Assembly: GCA_900088475.1 (NCBI GenBank)
Contig: FLMG01000335.1
Location: 186,001 to 250,000, forward strand
Direction: 5' to 3'
DNA length: 64,000 nucleotides
Origin: Hyphochytrium catenoides
Lineage: Eukaryota > Protista > Hyphochytriomycota
Below the pieces are notes generated by a model. That model ran no database searches. It was not told where the DNA came from and saw only the letters and a list, made by a program, of their open reading frames with translations. The stretch's first letter is position 1; each line of letters opens with the position of its first letter. This document shows positions 35,158 to 46,819 of this stretch, in pieces. Both the position numbers and the translations under genes were made by a program.

Positions 35158-38000
35158 TTAAAGAACTATATTGTTCTCGTTTTCCTCCTTCTTGCTTACG
35201 CCGACAGCACTCTCCGGACTGGCCTCTTCTGGAGCCAGTGGGGGTTCCTTCAACGCCCCATCGATAGAGACACTTCCATCGCTGTTGGGAGCTGTCCGCT
35301 GTTCCTCATCCTTCTTTTCCCTGACACAGAGGAAAAGACAGTCGAATAGTTCGTTGATATCGGACGTCGGCGAGGACGGCAGGTCCTTGAGCTCTAGCTC
35401 CATTTTGAGCGCTTCAACGAATGCCGCACGCTTCTGATCTGTTAGCTCTGCCTTCAATGTCTTCTTCAAGACTGTTCTTTTCTCTGCCTTGCGCCTGTGG
35501 AAGGGCAACAAGTGACTCTTTGGAAGGTTTCGAAATACAAGGAAATCACAGGAAAGTGAAGCAGTGGGGCCCTGCGGGAACGTGACCGGGCGATGGTGCT
35601 GTCCTCAGTAGGACTAATAGAACATGATGGGCTAATAACTCAGTATCCGAGAAGGGGCGAACGAACAGATCTCCCGAATCCCAACCTTGGGCACTGCATC
35701 TTCTTTTTCTGCAATATCTGCCTCATTTCGTTGTCTGTGAGTGGCCTCAAGTACTCGTCCACGCTTATGAACCGCTTCCCAAACGTGTAGCCGTCGACGA
35801 GCAGAGCATCCTGCTCCTTCAACAAGGCCGCCTCCAGAAGAATCAATTTGTCATATCTGTACCTCATTCCGGCAGTGAATAGAGTGATATGTTGGACACA
35901 ATTAAGGGTTAGAAGATATATACGGGAGAGTCCACAGACCAATGCGGGCATGGGAGAAAGGGTACAGGACTGCGGAGAGGGGTATCAAGGACAAGAGGAA
36001 CCTTCTCAGCGAAGCATGATCATCCCGGTCTGATTAGAAAGTTGAGAGGGAAGGACCGACACTTTAGAGGACCAACCATTCGTGATAGATATCCTCACCT
36101 GCTCCGTCCGTTGGGCTCTATCCTTCGCGCTCGCAGCTCTTCATCTAGCGAGTCTTCGTCTAGGGTATGCAACGGCTCCAGAACTCCAGCCGTTCGAAGG
36201 TGCGCTCTTCGGTTAATTATCTGAAGGAGATTAAGCCGATCTGCCAGCTCCTGGCGCTCACCCTTGGGAGTCACGCCTACCAAGTGCATCTTAGATTAGG
36301 GAAGCGCGCTCGTCCTCCAAGAACATCCCAAGCATCTCTGCATATAAGAGGGAATAGTCCCTCCCTCCGACTTCCCATATAGAGCTCGTTTCAGTCGCAA
36401 TCCCGGTTGTTGGCTGGTAGTCGAAGTACACAGCGGATGCTTTTTGATTGTCTCTCTTTTTCTCTTTCTTTTGGGCTTTCTACCCGTGCTTTGCTTAGTG
36501 TCAAAGTGTAATCGCTCAGACCATCTTTTATCTAATGACTTCAAGAGCCTGGTCCTACGTTTCCCAGGTCAGGCTCCACCCTTCCACTTACCATATGACA
36601 GAATCTCTTCTTTCAGCTCTTCAGTCCAGATGTCATTTACCAGCCTGATAAGCTCCTCTTTGCTGAGATCCTCTGGCTCCTGTGGGATGCTGTCTCCCTT
36701 GTGAGGTGCCGCTAAGACGCCCCCAACTTTTGGAGTAGATAACCTCCTCCTTTTGCTGAACATAGGAAGAGAAGCACTGTCTTCATGCATGCTGCGATCG
36801 AGTCGTCTTAAGTCTGCCGCAAGGTACTTGGCTTTCCTTCTTGCTTCCTTTTTCCTCTCATGAGCTTCGACCTCCATCAAGAGCTCGTCGGTGTCCAGCT
36901 CCTGTAAATTGAAGAAGAAGACCTTGGATGAAAACCTGGGGAATTTTGACGAATAGATCGATCATCACTGCCCGCAAGCTCTGTAAAAGAAGCAACTGTA
37001 CTATGACGAGCGAGAGAGAACTATGCAGCGTGAAAAAGTTTGCGATAAAGAACAGCGCAGCGTTACCGCTGGATCCTTAAGAAATCTCTGCTCCATCCGC
37101 CGCTTGGTGGGCGAGAACATGTCAAACTCGAAGATTGTAGGGTCCGTGTTAAAATGTAAGGAGAATTTCCTCTTCTTTGAGGAAGATCCTGGAACTTTGA
37201 GGATGCTGTTTAGCTGTTCATTAAGTTGGGGCGGTGTGCTGGGCGTCTCCTGTGGACTCTCCCCTAGAGCAGATGTGGCTTCGGATGGAGAGGCAGGAGG
37301 CTGCAGACCGTCTTCTTGATGAGCCTTGCTAATCTGTCCATCTTTCTGGGCTTTCTGTCGGTTGAGGAGCACCTTTACCTTGCTAAAGAACGAGGATAGA
37401 ATCTTTTCTGGGTGCATGATTAGGGGACGGGTCATGAATAGTGCTGGAGACGTCCAACCTAGGTCTGGGATGTGCGCCAAACCACGCAATGAGTAGTCTT
37501 ATCTAGTTCCTCTCCATCTAAAACCCTACATAATCGATCAACGCCAAGAGTCTGTCACTTTCACGTCTGGCGGAGAGACGTAAGACGCCCACTGGTTGCT
37601 CAAACCTCCTTCGTCAACAGACCAGGAAGTAAAGAGGATTTGATGGACCAGGAGCAAAGCCGAGCTCCACTTTCAGAGCCGAGGAGAGGAAGACAGAGGA
37701 CAGGACAAAGTGTTTGATGAGAAGGCAGAACGAGTTGGATGCTGGACTCTAGAGCCCCATGCAGTGCCTGAGTGCGATGCCACTGTGTGAAGGATGAATG
37801 AAGATCCCTGAGAGGGCTGAATGAAGATCCCAGAGAGAGAGTGACGCTGCCGTACAACTACAACGCACTGTGACTCATGCATCTCCACGCCCTCCAAGAC
37901 TTTACCTTCAACCTTCTTGTCCGTTATTCGCACTTCTGTACGGTCTAGAAAACGAAGGTTTGAGGTTGTGATGGCCGTTAGCGGTCCCTCACCAGTCACT
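35158..38000 (-). CDS. Hypothetical protein with SAP-like helical repeats; start uncertain
   Basis: Series of GT-AG-flanked minus-strand ORFs with SAP-like units (GVTPKGERQELADRL; LDEDSLDEELRARRIEPNG; LTDNEMRQILQKKKM) and basic NLS-like clusters. Confidence 0.55.
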
Positions 38001-38323
38001 GTATCTAGCCATGTCCAAGATATTAGGAATATAACTTCTTGGGAACTGATTATTTACGTACCCGAGTGATATCAATTCCAAATATCCCGCAGGCGAGTTG
38101 AAGAACCATTTTCTGTGTCGTTTCAGCGGCGGTCCGATGGTGAAGATTCTGCAGAAAGCTGCACATGAAGCTGCGGACGAAGACAGAATGACGATGGCGA
38201 TTAGAGAGACAAGCGGATGAGCTCTCTGAAGCTCAAAGGTTGAGACGCTTGCATGGGATAGCTTTGGTGTGACGGAGCCTACGCGCGTGTCTTACAGAGC
38301 AGCATCATATTATATAAAGGAAG

Positions 38324-41300
38324 ATGTCAAGGAGCTACACGCCATTCACAGGTTTCTGCGGGGAAGTGGCCCTTCTCAGATCTGCGACGGTGTGCATTGG
38401 AAGTGGAAGGTTTCTGGTATGTGGATGGACCTCTTTATCCATACTTTGCCATTGGCATGGTCTGACCTACTGTTCTGTCCTCATACCGACATCAGCGAGC
38501 TGTGCTCGTTCCTGTCGTGGACAGGTTGGGCGGGGTAATAATAGCTCAACCCCGAGGAACCTCGTTCGTGTCTTATTTGGCAGAGAACAATGGCATTTAC
38601 GAGGTCGACACGGTGGAAGAAAGTGGGACAGTAGCGACTTCTCGGTATCAGGTTCAGGCAGTGGGTTCTCTCTCCAAGACTCAGGACAAAGCTGCGCTCC
38701 TGACACTGGCCAGCCGTCTGAGGGACCTTCGCATTGTAGGGGTCGGGGTGACAGAGGCAGGTTTCCAAGAAAACAGGTAACTCAATGTCCTTTCTCCATT
38801 GTCTAGGACCGGGTGTTTGCTTCCATGTGCTCCATCGCGGTCGTTCTTACCCTCTATTGCCATGTCTAGTCAGAGTATCATGGACCTGGCAGAACTCCTT
38901 CACGCGGTTTACCGAGGCCGGCACTGTTCCCGACTGTCGGTGATAAACACTGACAACTTGCCCATGAATGGCTCCAAGCTCCGGTCTCTGGTGTTCAACA
39001 CTGGACTTTGTTCCTCTGACACTGACTTCGCTTCCTGGCTGGAAAGAAGCGTCATTTTCCATAACACGATGGTAGACAGGATTACCTCTCACAGAGCTCA
39101 AGACGAGCAGATCCCTAGAGCCGAGCCCCTTCCGTCTAAAGCTCTTGTCATCGAGGATCTCACTGAATCTCTCCCCGCAACTCTGACTCTATCTCCTCCT
39201 CCTGGTGTAGTCATTTGTCGGGCAGAAGGAGAGCTGGGCTTGCATGTGAAGCTGAAGCTTCTGATTGCGAATGCTACTCATACAGCCATGGTTTACGGGA
39301 TGGCGCTGTCCTGGTGCAAAGATACGTCCAGCTGTCGGGCGCATCCTGTCTTCATTACTCTAGGTATGGCTAGGATCTTAGGGACCTCGAGATGGGTGAT
39401 CTTCCTCTCTGTGTTACTTACTCCCTTACCCAATGCGGTTTGGCCCCTCAAGCAAAAAACACTTGTTGCCCGGAAAGTAACTTCTTTTTCCAAATGGGCT
39501 TCCATGCCTGATCTCAAGTTCTGCTTCATCGGGCCATCGTCTTGAGGGGACGCTCTGGGCCTTCGTACATGAACACTTATCCCCTTCGAATAGCTGGTGG
39601 TTTCCTGCAGTCCGAGTTTGTTGTTCTCATGTCTGTTCCCTTTCTCTGTTGCATCCTTTTGCGCCGTAACGAAGTTGACAGAGTGTTCTGGGACGATATT
39701 CTGCCTTCATTCGAGGAAAAAGATCGGAGTGCCGCTGAGAAGACCTTCACTGAATGGAGAAAGAGGCTCCAACACCCATTCTTTGGCTTGAGCACCTTTT
39801 TCGTAGCTCAGAATGCAACTCAAAAGATAGGTAAAGACTGTGTTGATTCGCATTGGAACCTTTCCTCTACCTCTCTTCTACACTTTCCTGGAGTTCCGCG
39901 TGCTATCTTCCTTCCACTCTCTTCACTTTCTCTAGACACACTATAGACGCCCGCCGCCCAACTTCCATGGTCGCCCAACCCTCTTTGGGCTACCTGAATG
40001 CAGTTAATCTTCGAAAACAGTAACAAGTACTCCTTTGCCTCTCTGAATCCGCAGTGATACGCCTCTTGCCTTCTATCAAGAAAGGAATAACCGAGGGCAG
40101 AAAACCCAGTCGTTTCATGGCTTACTCTCTCGCCACAATACTCCGTTTCCTTACCCCCATGGGACAGAAAAGCAGTGCAGACGATGGAGTCTTCCTAGGT
40201 CTGCTTCCACCTTCGCCTCCTCACTTAGAAGGAAATAAGGAGGAAGGCAAGAAACGAGAGGAACCAGATAAAGTACACTATGCTGGGAAGCTTTACGTGG
40301 ACTTTACATCTGGCATTTACTCTTTCAGAAACGACAGCCATCCGGAGATTCCCCCGATTTTGCAGATGCTGGCAAACGAAAGGGACCCTCTGTCCATGAC
40401 TACTACTCTTTCTTCTCTTCTGTCGTCTCTCTTTGACATCAAAACTTCCTCCGCCCTGTGGATGGCTTTCTTTCGAGATGTCTCTCAGCTCTATGTAGAC
40501 ATGCTAGATCGGGAAGCGAAAGTGAAGACCATTCCCAGACGGGATCATCTCTATCTTGTCCAGCAGCTACTGGGCACTCCGTGTCCCTCCCATACTCCTT
40601 CCTCCGTTGTGTCAGGTGAATACCTGCGGCATGCAGTCATTGAAGCGGCCGAGAAAGTACCGGTCATAGACCTCCACACCCATCTCTTTCCTCCTTCACA
40701 CGGCTCCCTTATGCTGTATGGAGTGGATGAGTTGCTAACCTATCACTACCTCGTCGCTGAATACTTTATGGTAGCACCGGTCTCTATGACTCCTGAGAGT
40801 AAGTAGATGGTGGGGGTGAAATTGAGGCTGAGAAAGAAGATTAGACGTAATGGATGTTCTTGCTCCTTTGATTCTTTGTACCTCGATTCCAGCCATTTAT
40901 TCTTCTCATGATTTGACATTCTTCCAACCTTTAGCACTCTCAGCAGCTGAAAGGCTCAGTTTGAGTTCTCGATATGGTTTCTATCAGTTGCTTCTGATCC
41001 TAGAAGTTTGGCGTTAAATCGAGTTTCCCCCTTTTAGAGTTCTACAGCTTGAGCAAGGAGGAGCAAGCGGACCTGGTCTGGGAAGAGCTCTTTATTCGGC
41101 GTCTTCCGCTTTCTGAGGCGTGCAGAGGAGTATTAACCACTCTTCAGGAGCTTGGTCAGGGAGAAAGGGTTCAAAAGAGAGATCTTTGTGGTATCAGGGC
41201 CTGGACGAGAGCCCAGGACCCCCAAACCTACGTCGACCTTGTAAGAGATGACCCTGGCCTACCTGCTGGCCTTTATGGATTAACCGACTGATATCTTTGC

Positions 41301-43126
41301 ACTCCCTAGTTCCCGCTCCGGGCCTGGTTTTCCTACCACGTTTGTTCCCTTTATCGTTATGATCTATGATCTTTCTTTGCTCCCTGGCTGCAACATATTC
41401 GTCACTCGCCATTGCACACCAATACAAGCGATTTCCTAACTTCCAACCTCAAACCTTATTATTAGGTCTTCAAGACTGCGAACATTAAGTATGTGGTGAT
41501 GACCAACATCCCTTATGTAGAGGCCGAGGCATCTGTATGGCTCAAGCCAGTCAGAGGAGCACCAAAGAATGACCGGTTCCGTTCTGCTCTTCGGATTGAT
41601 TTATTCCTTTTACCTTCCTCCTGGGTGGAGGTGAAGCGACTGCTCACCTCGCAAGGCTATGAGGGATCAGCCGAGGGAGCCAAGCTTTACTTACAGGACT
41701 GGATACAGAGAATGAAACCCGAGTACTTCATGGCTTCAACGCCACCAGGCTTTGCCTACCGTAAGCGACATTCAATGTTCCTTCATATAATCTTGGATAA
41801 AGTCCGCCCTCTCTTGTTGTTACCTCACACTGCCAACCTCTCACGCCTGCACAATTGCTATTGTACGTTCTTCGACCTCGTAGTGATCTTGCAGTCTTCT
41901 CCGTCCGTCCATCTCTTTCCATGTGATGGTAAATGTGATGTACCGTCTGAGCTCACAACTCTGGCCCACATTGATTGGTCCCTGCTCTTTCTTCTAGCGG
42001 CCTCAGCTCTTCCTAATGATACGCCCGATCTCCTTGAGAACGTGATTCTTCCCCTGGCTGTGAACCATCGACTGCCAGTGGCACTTAAGCTTGGTGCAGT
42101 GCGAGGACTCAATCCTGCCCTTGGAGCTGCGGGAGACGGAGTTGCAAAGGCGGAGCTGAGAAGCCTCTCAACATTGTGCAGACGGCACCCTGAAGTATGC
42201 ATAACGCTAACGTGATCTTCCAACTCCATCTAGTCCTTACGGTGCATTAGTCTCCACTCCCGCCCATGTCCCTTCTGTTTCGGCTCGTCGTGTCAGTTCC
42301 CGTTACGTATATTGCACTTAGCGTTAAAGTTATGGAGGACAGCCTAGTATGATGATTTCCTCTGTGCTTATGACCTGCTCCTCGTTGTCTTCTCAGGTTA
42401 AATTCCTAGCCACCTGCCTCTCTCGGGATGACCAGCACGAGATATGCGTCCTTGCAAATAAGTTCAGGAATCTCCATTTATACGGCTGCTGGTGGTACTG
42501 CAACAATCCCTCCATTATAGAGGTATGACAGTGTCAACCAAGAGATCAACAATACCGAAGACGTAGCGAACCGGCTAGATGAGAGAAGAAGAGGTTGGAT
42601 GGAGGGCGACTTCGGAGCAAGACAAGGACAGAGAAGAGACAGAAGGGAGAGACGAAGACAGAGAGAGAAAGAGAGAGAAAAAGAGAAGAGGAAGAAAGAA
42701 AGAAACAAAGAGAGGCAGGGAAGGAGAGAGAGAGGAAGAAAGAAAAAGGTACGGAGTGAGAGAGGGAGAAGGGGAAGCAGGGGTGTCGAGCCAAAAAAGA
42801 AGAGACGAGGAGCTTTTTCTTCATAGACCTTTGCCCCGGGCAGGGCTTCCCAGCCTTATTTACCCCTTCTCATTCCCTCCTATCAGTCCATCACACATAT
42901 GGGTGTCGAAATGCTAGGCTCTGCTTTCACCGCGCAGCACAGCGATGCTCGAGTGCTGGACCAGCTAATCTACAAGTGGAAACACTCGAGAAAGGTTATA
43001 GGCGAGGTCCTCGCTCAGCACTTTGAGAAGCTTTGGAACACTGGTTGGAGGTTTACAATGGCGGAGATAGAAAGAGAAGTGGCGCGCTTCTTAGGAGGAA
43101 GCTACGAAGAGTTTCTGGCAAAGTGA
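38324..43126 (+). CDS. Fusion of a mannitol-dehydrogenase-family reductase (UxaB/UxuB-like) and a uronate isomerase (UxaC-like amidohydrolase); about 10 exons
   Basis: N-half: IGSGRFL|RAVL, VTEAG, NTDN, HNTMVDRIT, KLLIANATH. C-half: VIDLHTHLFPP, LLTYHYLVAE, QADLVWEELF, PLSEACRGVLT, YVVMTN, NLHLYGCWWYCNNP, QHSDARVLDQLIYKW. The domain junction lies inside one stop-free exon (~40055-40798). Confidence 0.9.
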
Positions 43127-44390
43127 GACCTAAAAAGGCCCAACCTGGCCCTTACTTGCGAATCCCAGTGTCACAGAACAGAAAGGAAGAGACAGGATGT
43201 GGTAGACCATTGCAGAGCTGGGTCATTGGGGGGGAAAGGTTATCCGGTGGCCAATGCTAAGGATTCACGAGAGAAAAGAAGGAGTGAGAGACACAAAGAG
43301 AGGACGAAGATGTGTATAAGGGCCAACGGAGGGGAGGAACTTGGGGAACACTTCGCTTCACTTTCAGCCTGGCTATCCTCAAGCAATTGCGGCCTCATAC
43401 TAGAATTTGGATGGGAGTGAGAAGAGACCTCTCTTTCTACTGAGACGACTGACGAGGGAGGGCCTGATGGCGGGATCAGGAAATGGCAGAAAAGATGACG
43501 GCGAGATGAGCCGTAACGTTTTGGAGAGGTCCCAATCGAGGGAGCTCGAGGCCTCGTATATAGCTGATGATTGAGACTTTAGATACAGCCGGAGCTATCA
43601 GGAAGAGATGCACAAGGGCTGATGAATAAGAGAGGAGCGTGGGAGCAGTAGACTAGGCGGGACAAGTGGATATACTTTATATATTTGTCCTGAGTCATAG
43701 GACCCTGGCGCTCAATACATGGCTTTTCATTGGCCACCATCTGTGCTCTCAGAATCGAGGCTCATAACATCTTCACGAATGCTGACTTTCTCATCGATTT
43801 TTCCTCTTCTCTCGTTTCAAGATGGCCACAGGTAGACCATGGGACGGGCAGCGGAAAGACTAACAAAGGGCGATACAGATGTGCGCTTGATTTGACGTAG
43901 AGACAGAAGGAAGAAACGTTCGAGAAAGAGACAGAGAACCAGAGAGAATGAGAGAGATAGACATAAGACACGATTAAAAGTCCTTGAAGAAGAAGAAGAA
44001 CATCAATCCCCCGGTTACACTTTCCTACGTTCTTCTCGCTCAGCGTCCGTTTATGTCGAGCTTGATGCCTCCGAAGTAACCAGTGCACATTGCCCCCTCC
44101 TGTCTCACCAATTACGCCTCTCTCTCCTGTCTCTTCTACGCGATGGCCCTCTCTCTTCCTGATAGGTCATCCAAGAGGTGCCATCGTCTTTTAACTTTGA
44201 TGTCATTCGACCTTCCATCCTTCTTGCACGTGCTGGCCTGCTTCTATAGATGAATTGGCATCCGAGGGACTGTTGTCCAACAGTCGAATGGTAGAGATAG
44301 GTACATTCTTACTTTCAAGAGGCCGACAGGTAGGAGCCCGGTGGATGACGATTTGGCTTCTCTTTTGCTGCTCTCTGACTTTCTCTTGTC

Positions 44391-44446
44391 TTCGACCACA
44401 AGGGACAGGTCATGTTTGTTCGACCACAAGGAACAGGTCAAGTTTG
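44391..44446. repeat. 28-bp tandem repeat x2 (2 mismatches)
   Basis: TTCGACCACAAGGGACAGGTCATGTTTG followed by TTCGACCACAAGGAACAGGTCAAGTTTG. Confidence 0.85.
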
Positions 44447-46819
44447 TTCTTCCTTTTACTTTCCACAAAATGAGAGTGAGAGGATGAGGGCCCCAATACT
44501 CAGACTGTTATACTCCCTGGGTTTCTTTGCTTCCTATCTCAAGGTTGTTTGCTGTTCCCTCCTTCCTTTCTGCCCATTGGTTCCCTCGCTCTTCCATCTT
44601 TCCTCTCTGGGTTGCCTCTTTCGTTCACCTCTTATCCTCAACACGGAGGATGCCCGGACGAGGCAGGTATCATCGCTAGACCACACAGGTAGAAAGCAGT
44701 CAAGGCCCTCTCCAGTCGCTATTCAATGTAGTAAGAGTTGACTCTTTCCCGTCTCCTCCGCATCATCATCGCTGCCATCTCCAGCTCAAGGAAGCAGAAG
44801 GTTGATGACTGGCCTTGTAGAGGCTTCCGTTACACATGGAAGCAGCAGCAGCAGCGGCCGTCGCCGCGCAGGGAACATGACTGTAAAGTGGTTCTAGGCG
44901 TGGGATTCTTGCTGCTCTATCTCTATCGTGCCATCGCTCTTGGTGATAACGACAGTCGTACAGCGGGAAGATGCGATCTTTCTCGTCATATCTGTGTCTA
45001 GTGCGACTCTGTCTCTCACTTGGTTGTCGCAGTTGCTCCTCTTCAAGATGTACAACGAAAGAACGAGAAAGGACACGGACAACTCAACGACCCTCATTCC
45101 GACATAATCTGACTCGCAGCCCCCTCGCTCTGTCTCTAGGTTTCCCTTACATACATTCTTCAATATGTCATCTCCTGATCTATCAATACATCTCTCCCAC
45201 TCCGCTGTCTCGACCTTGGTCATAGTTCCTCCTTACAGATGATGTTTTCCTAAAGTCCCTCTCACTTGCCCCATTATCCTGAGTCATACTACTAACATAA
45301 AACAGGGATATATATGGTACTAAGAAGAAAGGTTCATGATTACTACTGATACTCTGTCTTGCTCCCCCAAGCCATACGACCTGAAGGCGGCGAAGGATGG
45401 AGGTTTGAGCGATAGGAGCCATAGGTGTAACCTTCTTATAGCGGCATACCTATAGGTGATGAGGACCACAATGGCCTCATCCCTAAGAGAAGCGCGGTAG
45501 AGGAGGGAGCAAAAGAGGAGAGGCTGTTTATTACTCCGGAGTATCTGTTTTCCTGTTCCTTCCGCCCCGCAGCCGTAATAATAACTCCGACTGCCACACG
45601 CATCAACCCTAAGAGATAACTGATCTGTCGGTCCGTGGTAGTACGATGTAGCACCAGCGGGTCTGGAGGTCAAGAATACCAGCAGGAACGCATCAACGCT
45701 CCTAGCAGTAGACCCCTTCCTCTAAACAGAACGAGACAGAGGTCACGGAGATATAGATTGAGCGACGTAGAGGGTAATAATAGATGTTAATGATGAGCGT
45801 TTAAGGTGTTGGTCGTGTGAGACAGAATAGGCACTAGATAGGAAGGGAATAGACATATAACGCTGATATATAAGGAAGAGACAGGTACAATTTGGGAGAC
45901 AAAGAAAAGTGCTCTCCCATCAGACCTACATCTCTCCTGACTCTCTGTCGCCCTCTTTCTCCTTCTCCCGTTCTCTACTCCTCTCTCATCCCACCTCTCT
46001 CTCCCAGTTCAATCCCAATTACTTAAGTCATTCCGATGTCTCGCTCAATTCTGTCTTCCGCATTCCTCCTGTAGCGTAAATCTCTCTCCTTCTCTTCTTC
46101 ATGTGAGAACGGCGCTGTGGCTGTGCTTGTCGTTTGGTTGCAGCTGCTTTGCTTCCTCGATGGTCCTTTACGCGCCCTCGACTCTCAACCTCTTACCTCT
46201 TCTTCTCCTGTCTCTTTCCTCTTGCAGTTCATTAGCTGCCTCTCTCCTCGGTCTGATGGCCTATGGAGAAGGATAGGTGAAAGTGCTTTCAAGGTAGGTA
46301 CACGCGCAGAAAGAGACAAGACACTTTCTAGGAAAGTGTTGAAAGACACCGCCCGAGCGAGGAGATGCTGGTCAGGTGGTTGCTTGACTGATGCTGTTGA
46401 CAGAGGTCATTGACAGCAGACAAAGAGGAAACAGAAAGCAGAAGGCGAGGTGACAAGCGTGATGCAAGGCCCCACTTAAGCTTTTACCGCCTGGAGGCAC
46501 GCACAGCTTTGCTGCCGCGACAGATAAGCGCTGAGACCAATCAAGGAAGACGGAGGTACCACTGGCATCTTGTGGGTCTCGATGGGTTAGCTCTGTCAGA
46601 GGCAGTCGAGGACCAGGTGACAAAGAGAGAGTAGTGCATATCAGTGTACTGAAGGCAGGAGTGCCATAAATGACGAGGGGGAATCGGCCCTCAGCACTTG
46701 CCGCTTTGGTCTCACCATCATTGGACGGTGGGAAAAAGGGACATGGAGAGAGAGAAGGAGGAATGACGGTTTCAGTACCTGCCGCTCCGTCTTCTGCGTC
46801 TGCGCCGTCTTTTGGCATT

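Noticed and set aside
38311-38318. TATATAAA before the reductase-isomerase ATG
   Set aside because: It ends only 5 nt before the inferred start codon, too close for a canonical TATA box. Unsupported without TSS data.
44391-44446. 28-bp repeats as a CRISPR-like array
   Set aside because: Only two directly adjacent copies, with no spacers, no cas genes and a eukaryotic context.
44894-45673. Minus-strand ORFs as an additional gene
   Set aside because: No recognisable motifs and no consistent exon chain could be built.
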